NCBI GenBank assembly: GCA_963668675.2
Contig: CAXXMB010000002.1
Location: forward strand, 1,600,001 to 1,664,000
DNA: 64,000 bases
Reading direction: 5' to 3'
DNA from: an uncultured Desulfatitalea sp.
GTDB lineage: Bacteria > Desulfobacterota > Desulfobacteria > Desulfobacterales > Desulfosarcinaceae
The notes under the pieces were generated by a model. The model saw only the letters and a list, made by a program, of their open reading frames with translations. It had not been told where the DNA came from and did no database searches. Below are positions 48,701 through 58,579 of the stretch, piece after piece; the stretch's first letter is position 1; each line of letters opens with the position of its first letter. The position numbers were made by a program, and so were the translations under genes.

Positions 48701-49977
48701 CAACCGCCACCACCGGTGATATGGGTAATGGTCCTGCGACCGTTTATTGTTTCAATCGTATAGGTTTTTTGAACGCCCTGTTCGTCCGTTGCCACAACAC
48801 TGGAAGTAGCGTATCCGGTGATGGTCACACCCTTTCCGTCGCGGGTCGTATTTTCAATGGCACGATCCAAACTATCAAACTGCCAGGAGGAGAGAAATTC
48901 ATCGGCAAGGTTGCGCTTTTCGGTAAGATTGTGGATATCGTAGGGATCTTCGTATCTGTATTCATATCCGGAGGCTGTGGAGCCGTTGTCGTCGTCCGCA
49001 TAGATCACGTGAGTGAGGTTGTTCTCGATATCGTATTGGTAGGTGACCCAGATGCCGTCGGGCACGCGTGAAGTTGTCGGACCAGTGATATGTTCAATAC
49101 GATTCTCCGCATCGTATTGAAATCCGATGCTGCGGCCCGTGGCTTCGTCGGCGACCGTTGCAAGGCGGCCATAGGCATCATATGTCAGGGTCTGTACATT
49201 ACCGTTGCCGTCGGTCTTGGCGACAAATCGCATCTGCTCGTTAAAGGTGTAGACAATGCCGTTGGCACGGTACCAGGTGAAACCAACCCCAGCCTCGATC
49301 ACAATATAGCCTTTGGAATTGAGGATGCCCGAATAAATGCTTCCGCCCAAATGGTTCTGGTATTGGTGTTTTCTGCCCAGCTCATCGATAATCTCAAAAG
49401 CGTTGGTTTCTGTGGAGGAAAGATATCCGAGGGTAACATTGTAATTGTGGGTCCAACCGTAACCAACAGAGGTGGCCTGATCGGAGCGGCTTCGATAGGC
49501 ACGATAAAGTTTGAAGCCTTTTTCATGAGAGGTGTTGAACTCTAAGTCGATATCTTTCTGTTCGCTATTTCCAGTGTAGACGACTATAGGGTCACCATCT
49601 TTGCTGTTCGGACATTTAGGTACCCCAGGAGGACAGCACATTTCTTCTCGCTCTTTGCAGCACTCGTCTTCAGGGGGATCCATCAAATAGTAGTAACAAT
49701 TAACTTGAACCTGGCCTCCGGTATAACCTGTCCAGCATCCACCATCGCCAGCATAGTCAGGGCTGTAGTAATTGCGGCCACAGGAAGAATGCACTCTATC
49801 CGGTTCACCCGGGGGGTGATCCTTAACACATGCCATGACTGCAACTCGTGCTTCAAAAAAAGTTTCATAGAAATAGTCGTGATAGTCCGCCACTTCAGGG
49901 ACGCGAGCCCATGTAAATTCATTGCAGCATAGACACAATATCACGTAAATAGAGATCACTATCGGCTTTTTAAACAT
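45751..49977 (-). CDS. Rhs/YD-repeat polymorphic toxin with signal peptide and unknown C-terminal domain
   Basis: Hydrophobic N-terminus, GDPI..YTG (DUF6531-like), many YxYDxxG repeats, DHLGTP, RFAGQYFD.ETGLHYN..RYYDP..GRY...DPIG, DPQG. Confidence 0.93.
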   Translation of the reverse strand: MFKKPIVISIYVILCLCCNEFTWARVPEVADYHDYFYETFFEARVAVMACVKDHPPGEPDRVHSSCGRNYYSPDYAGDGGCWTGYTGGQVQVNCYYYLMDPPEDECCKEREEMCCPPGVPKCPNSKDGDPIVVYTGNSEQKDIDLEFNTSHEKGFKLYRAYRSRSDQATSVGYGWTHNYNVTLGYLSSTETNAFEIIDELGRKHQYQNHLGGSIYSGILNSKGYIVIEAGVGFTWYRANGIVYTFNEQMRFVAKTDGNGNVQTLTYDAYGRLATVADEATGRSIGFQYDAENRIEHITGPTTSRVPDGIWVTYQYDIENNLTHVIYADDDNGSTASGYEYRYEDPYDIHNLTEKRNLADEFLSSWQFDSLDRAIENTTRDGKGVTITGYATSSVVATDEQGVQKTYTIETINGRRTITHITGGGGCAGCGGDDAVRYGYDDQRRVVEIEYANGRIDQYTNFDSTDRYQTEIQAVGTADERTFYYTYHPATGDRLSILEQSVLSAGFKETIFDYDDDGNAISNENPTRLMHRKVERGTTFDAVGALSGYEYITTYSYTANGQVESIDGPLPGNQDLVSYTYDPATGDRLTETRPLVGTTSYTYDAAGNVETVTDVNGVVTTFTYDGRNRQLSATRNGVTTSRTYTAAGELDTATDALSRTMDYAYNDAGFVEKIMDPSGNFVYYAYNGLGKRTEESIHAADETLTHYRGTDWGDPANNPDLAAGKPWKSLHRNHDDTADLETVYAYDGSGNLKSVTDANSNVTEYLYDQFNRLWQVIQPGNVTTVYGYDIHGNLASVTDAEGHVTLYTYDDMGRLVETDSPDTGNCLYSYDAAGNLRFKTHNGQAVEYRYDLIGRLTDILYSDPAENVAMAYDTGSGANLMGRLASVTDPSGTVEYSYNADGQLETETRTIGGTIFVTSYLYDAAGNLRTMVYPTGHSVAYQPDPADPARIGAVVLDGSQTLASNIAYMPFGPVSGMTLGNGIQVGKSYDKNYQIATLAAGTVMSRTYTPDAVGNIELITDNLDAGRSQSFGYDDLYRLTSAVGVYGSIGYTYDNVGNRLTRTENSDEDSYAYYPGTNRLHTVTGVHTELFAYDADGNTVQRIPGANNPQPAITDPNDYTYNSSGQRAMKQGTGSVLFHYDQAGQLIAETDAAGNMVKAYVWLHGQPLAMIDGGGTVYYFHCDHLGTPQRLTDAGGGVVWSGDYLPFGEVDVTVESVVNNLRFAGQYFDNETGLHYNYHRYYDPGLGRYLRADPIGFEGGANPYAYVLSNPINITDPQGLKPCKTKQNPCLKIFMVPFLRKTGNVDKGTWLKERWTDQCIYLKFERYEKELIHRDIYLCHEWEEKCGRCYTKRLFFKVKDKVMDKWYGSWKKVDKFSLDAISWINFGNSRFSRCPMVPNYRGPMSDFHP

Positions 49978-50024
49978 TTACCTATTCTCCTATCACTTCA
50001 ACTACTCACTATATATTGTCTAAT

Positions 50025-52829
50025 TTAGTTGGATGTTGATCGTTTCAATCGACCCGAATGGTCATATTCAAAAGCTGTTTCACTGCTCGTGTTCATTTCG
50101 ATATCCACCCACTCTGATTCACTTTGGTTGCCGGCCTCATCCATTAAACAGACTTCAAAAGCATTGGCACCGGGAGACAAGCTAAGCAATGCTTCCCAAT
50201 CCGCCCCTTCTGCTGGAACTAACGCTATGGCATTGATCCACACGGCCGTTCCGGTTTCACGCGTTCCTGTTAATTCAACAACAAATTGAGAGGCAATATT
50301 TTCTGTCGGCCTGACTTGAATCGTTCCGCTATCTACGATACCACCAGTAATGATCGGCTTTTCGGGTGGCTGTGTATCAATAGTAAAGCTAAAGCCATAT
50401 TGAGCGCTGTTGCCATAAATATCAGCCGCCGTAAAACTAACATGGTAGGTATCATCGGCCAGCGGCAGACTGCCGGGTGTAAAAGTGAAAATATCGTCAG
50501 CCTTGATAGTGATGCCAGCAATGGTTTGCTGGCTGCTGTTGACAACCGCAAAGCTCGAAATCACGCTGTTATCATCTACGGTGCTTTGAGGGTCCGCCAA
50601 GGCCACTGAGATCTGCTGAATCTCTTGCAGCTGAGCTCCGTCAATTGGGCTTGTGCTGATCAGAGTCGGTGCAGTGTTGTCGGCAATGGACGATAGGTCG
50701 GCGATGTAGCTATTGTTGGTCTCATTGGTTTCCGCTACCTGATCCTGACTGTCGACTTTGACCTCGATGCTCGGGTTGCCGCTGCTGAATGTCCAGATTT
50801 GCTCGACCTGCACCGCGCCGCCGGCATACATAATCTGGTCCACCGCGGTTGTACCTATGGAGACGCCGTCCACCAGAAAATCCACCGCAAAAGAATCCAC
50901 CACCGGCCCGCTGCCGATATTTTCAATTGTGGCAGTGAACGTCACGCTCTGTCCGAGCAGAAGATTGCCGGCAGGCGATGTAATGACCTGGTTGACGGTC
51001 AGATCGGGTGGATCGCCGTCTGTGGTAAAGGACCAGACTGGTCCAGTGGTTTCGGCACCCTTGTCATCCTTGGCGACCGCTTCCCAATAGTAGGTGACAC
51101 CAGCGATGAGGCCTTCTTTGGTGTGGCTCGGCTGCGTCAGGTCGGACTCGGCCAGCTGCAGACTTTCTGCCGATGCGCCCCAGTACAAATCGTAAGTGAC
51201 CATGTCCGTCAGGTCGGGATCGCCGCCGTTCCAGCTCAGGTCAGCACCGTTAGTAATTGAGACGCGCACGGCGGTATCGGCAGGTGTCGGATTGGAGGGT
51301 TCATACGGGGGCTGGTTTTCTCCTGACGAGGTGCATTGGACCTCTTCCGTAGCCCATGGATCGGCGTCCACGCTACCGTAGGTTGCATCACCCGACTGGT
51401 TCGGTCCTGCGCTGTCGCCCCACCAGTTGTTCTCTGCATTCAAGACTTCGAAGCCGCTGTAGTAAATGCCGTAGTTCGTATTGCCGTTGAAATTGTTGCT
51501 GTTCATATCCGGCGGGGGGCTAACTGTCCAATAGATTCCGTTCTGGTTGCCGATCAAATTGTTGCAGGCGATCGTTGCAGTGGCGGATCCGCTTCCTGTG
51601 CCATAGACACCTGCTGTGGCACTATATCGAATCGTCGTATTTAGAACTCGCGGCGATGCCTGGTAAAGATATAGCGAGCCGCTGCTGTACCCGCCGTATT
51701 CTACCGTACAGTGCTCCAGCACGGTAGTGGCATCATCTGTGGTGTTGTAAAACTGGATGTAGTACCAGTCTCCCGGTGCAGGGGTGGCCTGGTTCGACGT
51801 AAATAAAATCGGATTGCCGGCTTCTCCCTGGGCCACCAGCGCCCCCGGATCGCCAGAACTGGCACCGATTATCATACGCTGATACGGATTGAATTTGACC
51901 GTCACCCCAGGCTCGATGGTTAGCGTGGTGATGCCGTCGGTACCGTCTGTCCCCTTGACTGTAATTGTGCCGATTACGGTATAAGGAATGACGGCCGTCC
52001 ATGTGGCATCATGACTGATGGTCCCGGCCGATACCTCCAGATAACTGTCCGCATCCACATCGGTAATGCTGCTACCCGTGACAATGGGGCCAACCATGTC
52101 GGCATATGCTTTGATAGGAAAGCTGTTGTTCTGATGGATGGTGTTGTCAGAAAGGCTCACTGTGCCTGAAGCCAATAGGGATATCCCGCTGCTGACGCTA
52201 CTGCCGTTCACCGCGCCACCAATTGCTCCCGAATAATAAAGATCGTAATTCTGATTGGCACTGAAAGTACAGTCCTCTATGGTCGGTTGGGATGTATTTA
52301 TATTAATACCGTAGCTTTTACTGTTTTGAACGGTAACATTTCGCAATGCGGGTGACGCCTGGTAAAGATATAGCGAGCCGCTGCTGTACCCGCCGTATTC
52401 CACCGTACAATGCTCCAGAACGGTAGTGGCATCATCTGTGGTGTTGTAAAACTGGATGTAGTACCAGTCTCCCGGTGCAGGTGTGGCCTGGTTCGAAGTA
52501 AATAAAATCGGATTACCGGCTTCTCCCTGGGCAACCAGGGCCCCCGGATCGCCAGAGCTGGCGCCGATAGTCATACGCTGATACGGATTGAATTTGACCG
52601 TCACCCCAGGCTCGATGGTTAGCGTGGTGATGCCGTCGGCGCCGTCGGTGCCCTTGACTGTAATAGTGCTGGTAACGATATAGGGGCTCCCGGATAAAGC
52701 CCAAACAGTGTCTGTACTAATCGTGCCGCCCACGGTTGTATCCGCAAATGCTGTAAAGGGCAGCAGCGGATCGAGGAAAAGAGCAACTAACCAGATTGCC
52801 AATAAGCGAAGATTACGAACAGTTATCAT
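50025..52829 (-). CDS. Large secreted protein with beta-helix repeats, FN3-like, CARDB and Ig-like domains
   Basis: Signal peptide, W..SGSPY, AENNWWG, TYYWEAVAKD, PDL...ETNETNN. Confidence 0.8.
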   Translation of the reverse strand: MITVRNLRLLAIWLVALFLDPLLPFTAFADTTVGGTISTDTVWALSGSPYIVTSTITVKGTDGADGITTLTIEPGVTVKFNPYQRMTIGASSGDPGALVAQGEAGNPILFTSNQATPAPGDWYYIQFYNTTDDATTVLEHCTVEYGGYSSGSLYLYQASPALRNVTVQNSKSYGININTSQPTIEDCTFSANQNYDLYYSGAIGGAVNGSSVSSGISLLASGTVSLSDNTIHQNNSFPIKAYADMVGPIVTGSSITDVDADSYLEVSAGTISHDATWTAVIPYTVIGTITVKGTDGTDGITTLTIEPGVTVKFNPYQRMIIGASSGDPGALVAQGEAGNPILFTSNQATPAPGDWYYIQFYNTTDDATTVLEHCTVEYGGYSSGSLYLYQASPRVLNTTIRYSATAGVYGTGSGSATATIACNNLIGNQNGIYWTVSPPPDMNSNNFNGNTNYGIYYSGFEVLNAENNWWGDSAGPNQSGDATYGSVDADPWATEEVQCTSSGENQPPYEPSNPTPADTAVRVSITNGADLSWNGGDPDLTDMVTYDLYWGASAESLQLAESDLTQPSHTKEGLIAGVTYYWEAVAKDDKGAETTGPVWSFTTDGDPPDLTVNQVITSPAGNLLLGQSVTFTATIENIGSGPVVDSFAVDFLVDGVSIGTTAVDQIMYAGGAVQVEQIWTFSSGNPSIEVKVDSQDQVAETNETNNSYIADLSSIADNTAPTLISTSPIDGAQLQEIQQISVALADPQSTVDDNSVISSFAVVNSSQQTIAGITIKADDIFTFTPGSLPLADDTYHVSFTAADIYGNSAQYGFSFTIDTQPPEKPIITGGIVDSGTIQVRPTENIASQFVVELTGTRETGTAVWINAIALVPAEGADWEALLSLSPGANAFEVCLMDEAGNQSESEWVDIEMNTSSETAFEYDHSGRLKRSTSN
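51658..52664. repeat. Intragenic direct duplication of about 308 bp (51658-51965 and 52357-52664)
   Basis: Near-identical DNA at an offset of 699 nt; protein repeat ITVKGTDG...LYLYQASP. Confidence 0.9.
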
Positions 52830-53419
52830 TTGCGGTCCTTTTCTGGGAAAGCATTAACGATATCGCGATACTTCTCGCTCGAATCAAACAAGAGTACGTT
52901 ATCTCAAAACCACAATAAAAGGCGTCGCTATTTCAATTCTCAACAACAGAAAAAGGCAGGGAGACATTTGTTTTTAGATAGTGAGCGCAAAGCTATCGCT
53001 GAGAATGAAGGCCATCGTTGGCCCACTCATCTATTGTTGTGGGTTCTACGAGAGTAAATGCCTTTTTTGCCGTATAACTTTGCTTATCCTATAAAGTCTA
53101 ACGGGTGAATTGGATGGGGGATAATGCTGAACGGATATTCCTATAATACAGGTAGGGTGTCAACAGTAAATTGGTACCCATTGCAGAAGTCAAACAGTAG
53201 CGTTTCTCATGCGGGCACACGAGAAATGGGAAAAAAGCTTTATTTCCAAAAAGTTAACATCGTTTTAAGAAAACCGCTCGTCGCCTAAACTCGACCATTC
53301 GAGTATACTTTTTCTACACGATGTTCTATATAGTTTGAGAAAAAGCAATTGCAGAAACCGATAGAAAGGAACTGATTTCAAAAGGCGGCTTAGAAGTTGT
53401 GATCAATGAGTTGTTATTT

Positions 53420-53902
53420 CTATACTTCTAACGACTTGACCGATACGATGACGCCGTTGTTGTCTGCATAAAGATACTCACCCGGATTGAAGGTCACCCC
53501 ACCGAACGACACCTGCTCGTTCAGCTCCCCCACCCCCTTGCGGACACTTTTGATCGGAATAGTTTTCAAGGCCTGAACACCAACATCCATATTAGCGATC
53601 TCATCCACATCCCGAATGCAGCCGTAGATGATGAGGCCGGCCCAGTTGTTTTGCATGGCTTTGGCAGCCAGCAGATCGCCCAGAAGGGCGCAGCGCAGGG
53701 AGCCGCCGCCGTCGACCACCATGACCCGGCCGTCGCCCGGTTCGGCGACCTGCTGCTTGACGACGGAGTTGTCTTCGAAGCACTTCATGGTGACGATCGG
53801 GCCGCCGAAGGCTTTTCTACCACCGTAGTTGTTGAACATGGGCGCCACCACGCGGACCAGGTCCGGGTGGGCGTCACACAGGTCGGGAGTCGAGATGTTC
53901 AC
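53420..53902 (-). CDS. rraA: RraA family protein (RNase E regulator / HMG aldolase-like)
   Basis: [30 protein letters not shown]. Confidence 0.9.
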   Translation of the reverse strand: MNISTPDLCDAHPDLVRVVAPMFNNYGGRKAFGGPIVTMKCFEDNSVVKQQVAEPGDGRVMVVDGGGSLRCALLGDLLAAKAMQNNWAGLIIYGCIRDVDEIANMDVGVQALKTIPIKSVRKGVGELNEQVSFGGVTFNPGEYLYADNNGVIVSVKSLEV

Positions 53903-53930
53903 TTTTCCTCCTGATAGTACTTCTTTACAG

Positions 53931-53959
53931 TCTGGAGCCGGATCGAGTCCGGCATGACG
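53931..53959. repeat. GTCAT-CCGG-type palindromic repeat, single unit
   Basis: CTGGAGCCGGATCGAGTCCGGCATGACG. Confidence 0.65.
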
Positions 53960-54004
53960 GAAAATAGAATCGGATACTTTTAGTACGATGACCCTCTGGG
54001 GGCC

Positions 54005-54823
54005 CTATTTCCTTTTGATCCCCACGTGTGCCACAGCGATACCGTTGGTAAAATATTTATAGGTCACCTGTTCGAATCCGATCCCGGTCAGCATCTCGGC
54101 CAGTTCGTCGGGCAAAGGAAACATGCGGATCGTTTCGGGCAGGCAAGCGTAGGATTCGGCCGATCCGGCGATCAGCTCTCCGAGCAGGGGCATGATGTTG
54201 AACGAGTAGAAATCGTAGAGCGCACGGAAGGCCGGGTTGGTCGGCTGGGAGAATTCCAGACAGAGGATCTTGCCACCGGGTTTGAGCACCCGGTGCATTT
54301 CGGTGAAACCGCGTTTGAGATGGGTCAGGTTGCGGATGCCGAAGCCGACCATGGCGGCGTCGAAGTGCTCGTCCGGGAAGCTGATCTGCTCTGCGTCGCC
54401 CTGCACGTAGCCGATGTTGGCCAGCGAGGGGTTGGGATCGATCTTGGGGCGACCGGCGTTGATCATCTCCCAATTGATGTCGTAGATGACCACGCGGCCT
54501 CCGGGGCCGGTTCTGCCCGAGGCGAGGATGGCAAGGTCGCCGGTGCCGCCGCACACGTCCAGGATCTTGTCGCCGCGCTGCGGGTCGAGCATGCGGATGG
54601 CGGCGCGCTTCCAGACGTACTGGATGCCGAAGCTGAGCAGGGTGTTCATGAAATCGTACTTGGGGGCCACGCGGTTGAAGTGGCGGCGGACGGCCTGCAC
54701 CTTCTCGTGCTCCTCGAAGGTGCGGATGCCGAAACGGGCCTTGCCTGTCTCCGATATGTGGTCGTCCAACTGCTCGCGCCGTTTATGGGCGTCAAACCAT
54801 TTGGGGTTTTGCCAGAGGGCCAT
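54005..54823 (-). CDS. ubiE: UbiE/MenG quinone C-methyltransferase
   Basis: VA.KYD.MN.LLSFG, LDVCGGTGD, FGIRN, CLEFS. Confidence 0.9.
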   Translation of the reverse strand: MALWQNPKWFDAHKRREQLDDHISETGKARFGIRTFEEHEKVQAVRRHFNRVAPKYDFMNTLLSFGIQYVWKRAAIRMLDPQRGDKILDVCGGTGDLAILASGRTGPGGRVVIYDINWEMINAGRPKIDPNPSLANIGYVQGDAEQISFPDEHFDAAMVGFGIRNLTHLKRGFTEMHRVLKPGGKILCLEFSQPTNPAFRALYDFYSFNIMPLLGELIAGSAESYACLPETIRMFPLPDELAEMLTGIGFEQVTYKYFTNGIAVAHVGIKRK

Positions 54824-54944
54824 TGGGATTTACTTCCTTCATTGCGAGTTATCTTAAAGCCTGTTCATGCAAAAGAGTTCTCTGTAGGGATTGTTTTCTT
54901 CATTTGATGTCTGTGTGTCTCCAAACAAAACATTCTCTATTTAC

Positions 54945-55049
54945 TTCCCCCCTTTTTCAAAGGGGGGTCAGGGGGGGGGTTTTATGACTTGGGAGTCATG
55001 CTGCACCCGTTGAAATCCCCCTAAATCCCCCTTTGGGAAAGGGGGACTT
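54945..55049. repeat. Inverted pair of CCCCCTTT-NN(N)-AAAGGGGG palindromic repeats
   Basis: Units at about 54945-54983 and 55013-55049; a third related unit at about 56087-56119. Confidence 0.7.
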
Positions 55050-55082
55050 TTCTAATCTTATAACCTCTTCACCTACGAAAAG

Positions 55083-55784
55083 CTATTCCGGCTTCTTAAA
55101 ATGCATCAGGTAGTTCATCTGCACGCTACCGCACAACCGTGCATACCCCACCACTGGCAGGTAGCGCAAGCCGGAGAGATGGGTTGTCTTCAGGCCGGCC
55201 TCTTCTCCCCATCGCTTCAGCTCTTCGGGCCGTAAGAACTTTTCATAGCGGTGGGTCCCCTTTCTCACGATGCCCATCAAGTATTCGGCTGCCACGATGA
55301 CCAGAAGATAGGCCAGCAGGGTGCGGTTGACCGTCGCGAAGAAGATGTCACCGCCGGGCCGGGCCAGCCGGGCGCAGGCGCGCACCAGGCAGGCCGGGTC
55401 GGGAACGTGCTCGACCAGCTCCATGCAGGTGACCCGGTCGTACTCGCCGCCGCGGTCCCTCGCCCACTCTTCGGCCGTGCCCTCCTGGTAGTCGATCTTC
55501 AGCCCGCTTCCCTCTGCATGGCGCCTTGCCACCTTCAGCGCTTCGCCGACCATGTCGATGCCGGTCACGATGGCGCCCTCCCGGGCCATGGCTTCGGCCA
55601 ACAGGCCACCGCCGCAGCCCACATCGATCACCCGTTTCCCCTTCAGGCCAGCGCGCTGTTTAACATAGCCCAGGCGCACCGGATTGATGTCGTGCAGGGC
55701 CTTGAACTCGCCGCGCGGCTGCCACCATAGATCGGCCATGGCGCCGAATTTGGCTACTTCGTTGGGATCTATGTTTTGGATCAT
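55083..55784 (-). CDS. ubiG: UbiG-like O-methyltransferase
   Basis: N.D..E..KF...A..WW...GEFK.LH.INP.R, DVGCGGG, ELVEHVPDP, GTH.Y.KF. Confidence 0.88.
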   Translation of the reverse strand: MIQNIDPNEVAKFGAMADLWWQPRGEFKALHDINPVRLGYVKQRAGLKGKRVIDVGCGGGLLAEAMAREGAIVTGIDMVGEALKVARRHAEGSGLKIDYQEGTAEEWARDRGGEYDRVTCMELVEHVPDPACLVRACARLARPGGDIFFATVNRTLLAYLLVIVAAEYLMGIVRKGTHRYEKFLRPEELKRWGEEAGLKTTHLSGLRYLPVVGYARLCGSVQMNYLMHFKKPE

Positions 55785-55942
55785 GCTTTAATGCGTTCAC
55801 TCTGGAGTTTGAAGAGAAGGTTCTCGGTTGGTTCAAAATTCTACCGATCTATCTGTGGCACAATGATCCAATCCCGGAATGCCTTCGCTTTATTGCTTCG
55901 TACTTTCCTACTTGTCTACTTACATCTTTCCTGCTTTTTCCT

Positions 55943-55967
55943 GGGCGGGGATAAACCCCGCCCCTAC
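55943..55967 (-). repeat. GTAG-headed REP-like hairpin
   Basis: Reverse complement GTAGGGGCGGGGTTTATCCCCGCCC. Confidence 0.7.
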
Positions 55968-56122
55968 ATTTTGGTACCGAGGTCGATAGCCGGTCCTGTG
56001 TACCACGCTTTGCGGGAAGATGGAAAGCGGTTTGGCGCCTGTCTATTTTGCTTGGTAGTTCACGTTGCCCTTTGGGTGGTGCCTGAAAATCCCCCTGCCC
56101 CCTGTTGGAAAAGGGGGAGCGT

Positions 56123-58579
56123 TTATCGTCTGACCAGCAGCAGTGTATTTCCGATGACGGTGAGGCTGCTGAGCAACATGGCGGTGACCGCCACGAGGGG
56201 AGAGAGCAGGCCGGCCATGGCCACAGGGATGCTGACCGCGTTGTATACCAGAGCGCACCACAGGTTCTGGCTCACCTTGCGGTCCACCCGGGCGGCCCAA
56301 TTGAGAAAGTCGAGCAGTTGGGACGGATCGCCTTGCATGAGGGTGACTCCGGCCGCGTGCCGGGCCAAGGGCGATCCGCTGTGAACGGCCACGGCCAGAT
56401 CGGCGCAGGCCAGGGCCGGTGCGTCGTTGACTCCGTCGCCGATCATGGCCACGCGCCGACCCCCGGTCTGAAGCGTTTCGACATAATCGGCCTTCTGCTG
56501 GGGCAAAAGACGCCCCGTGGCATTTTCAATGCCGATGGCTGCGGCCACAGACATTGTCGCCTGAGCGGCGTCGCCCGATAGAAGATGTGGCGTAAGCCCG
56601 CGCCTCTTTAATTGCTGTATCATCTCCGCCATCCCCTCACGGAGGGTGTCGCCAAAGTAAAATCCGGCCTGCACCGTGCCGTCGAGACTCAGTAGCACCA
56701 CGGAGAGGTCCACGGCTGCGTCCGAGGCGTTCTCATCGGCGCCATGGCTGGTCGGGTCCTTTTTGCCTGTGACCAGATGGCCACTGCCGATCTGTGCGAT
56801 TTGGCCCCGATATCTTCCCCTGAGCCCGTCCGGGCATGCCTGGACATCGGTCACCTCCGCGGCCTCCACACCCCGCTGCCCGGCATAGGTGCGCAATGCA
56901 TGGGCGACGGCATGGTCGACGCCGGCCTCCAGGCCCAGGGCAAGGGCAAGGAGGAACGCCTCCGAAAGGTCTCCCTGGCGTTCAATCCGCTCCAGGGTCC
57001 ACTGGCCGCGGGTGACGGTCCCGGTCTTGTCGAACACCACCGTATCGATGCCGCCGGCCTGTTCGAACGCGTCAAAATCCCGGACCAGCAACCCCTGGCG
57101 ACCGGCCCCGGCGATACCGACCACGCGCGCCAGAGGTATGGCGATGCCTAAAGCGCACGGACAGGCGATCACCAAAACGGTCACGGTACGGACCAGGGCC
57201 TGCTCCATGGAGAGCCCTAGAAGATATCCAACAGTTCCCGTGGCCAGGGCCAGAAGCGCGATAATCGGTACAAAAGCAGCCAGCCACCGATCCGTGCGGC
57301 TCTCTAAAGCGGTGCGCTGGGCCAATCCCTTGCGAACGACCGCGATCATCTGTCCGAGCAGGGCCCGGTCGCCCACCTGTTCGGCCCTTACCGTCAGATC
57401 GCCACTGACCACCCGGCTACCGCTGGCAACCCCATCACCCGGTTCAAGGGCCACCGGCTCTGGCTCGCCCGTGATGGCCGATGCATCCAGGCGGCCGCCC
57501 CCCGCAACGATACGCCCATCGGCCGGCACCACCTCCCCAGGGCCGACCTTGAAAAGATCGCCGGCACCCAACTGGTCGATATGCACATAGCGCCCCTTGG
57601 GAAAAGCGTCGCTGCACAAGCGGACCTTGGTGGGCTGCAGGGAGAGAAATCCTTCCAGATCCTGCCGCACCCGCTGCTTGGCCCTGGCTTCGAGCAGTTT
57701 TCCGAGCAGCAGCAGGGTAATCAGCATCGAGGCCGTATCGAAGTATAGGTGCAGGCTTCCGCGCCACCAGTTGACCAGGCTGTAAAGATAGGCGCTGCCG
57801 GCGCCCAGCATGATCAGCACCTCCATGCCCGGCGCGGCGTGGCGCACGCCCGACCACGCTTTGCGCAGGACCGGCCCGCCGCCGTAGGCCATGGCAATGG
57901 TGGCCATGACGAAGATCGGCCAGGAGATGTAGGCGATCCCCTTTGGTGTGAGCTCGGTGAAAAAACCGGAGTAGAGCGACCAGGAGAGCATCATGACATT
58001 GGCCGACAGCAGCGCTGTTATCGCCAGACGCACAAAGTCCCCGCGCAGGGCGTGCTCTCCGGACGAGCCGTCATCGGAGAGCGCCCGATACCCCAGCCGT
58101 TCGATACGCTGCCGTATCTGCACAGGCGCGGTGCGCACCGGATCGTAGCGGCAGCGCAGACGATCGGTGGAGAAATCGCATGCCACCTCCCGAATCCCAT
58201 CGAGACGCTCCAGGGCATGGCCGATCACCCAGGCACAGGCCGGGCACCACATGCCCTCTACCACCGCCTCGAACGCCAGCGTCGCCCGTTCGTCGGATGC
58301 GTCTTGCGCAGCGCCTTTCTCTTCGGCCGCGCGGTTGATCCGCTCCAGATCCTCCTCCGAGGCCGGCACCACGCCGGCGGCCACGCACTCCCGGTAGAGA
58401 TCGCTCTCCTTGAAACGCGACGGATCGGGCGCATCGGCCGCCTCCATGAGCATGGTAAACACCATGCGGCAGCCGGCGCAGCAAAACCGATAGGTCCGGT
58501 CGTCAAACACCTGATCAAACGCATTCGAACGGACCGGCAGCCCACACAGATCGCAGCTTATATGAGAAGAGGTATAGAT
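56123..58579 (-). CDS. P1B-type heavy-metal (Cu-type, CcoI/FixI-like) ATPase
   Basis: CDLCGLP...FCCAGC, GMWCPAC, TGE, CPC, DKTGT, GDGVNDAP, YN, MLLSS; first canonical start is GTG 58510, proposed start is ATC 58579. Confidence 0.88.
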   Translation of the reverse strand: MYTSSHISCDLCGLPVRSNAFDQVFDDRTYRFCCAGCRMVFTMLMEAADAPDPSRFKESDLYRECVAAGVVPASEEDLERINRAAEEKGAAQDASDERATLAFEAVVEGMWCPACAWVIGHALERLDGIREVACDFSTDRLRCRYDPVRTAPVQIRQRIERLGYRALSDDGSSGEHALRGDFVRLAITALLSANVMMLSWSLYSGFFTELTPKGIAYISWPIFVMATIAMAYGGGPVLRKAWSGVRHAAPGMEVLIMLGAGSAYLYSLVNWWRGSLHLYFDTASMLITLLLLGKLLEARAKQRVRQDLEGFLSLQPTKVRLCSDAFPKGRYVHIDQLGAGDLFKVGPGEVVPADGRIVAGGGRLDASAITGEPEPVALEPGDGVASGSRVVSGDLTVRAEQVGDRALLGQMIAVVRKGLAQRTALESRTDRWLAAFVPIIALLALATGTVGYLLGLSMEQALVRTVTVLVIACPCALGIAIPLARVVGIAGAGRQGLLVRDFDAFEQAGGIDTVVFDKTGTVTRGQWTLERIERQGDLSEAFLLALALGLEAGVDHAVAHALRTYAGQRGVEAAEVTDVQACPDGLRGRYRGQIAQIGSGHLVTGKKDPTSHGADENASDAAVDLSVVLLSLDGTVQAGFYFGDTLREGMAEMIQQLKRRGLTPHLLSGDAAQATMSVAAAIGIENATGRLLPQQKADYVETLQTGGRRVAMIGDGVNDAPALACADLAVAVHSGSPLARHAAGVTLMQGDPSQLLDFLNWAARVDRKVSQNLWCALVYNAVSIPVAMAGLLSPLVAVTAMLLSSLTVIGNTLLLVRR

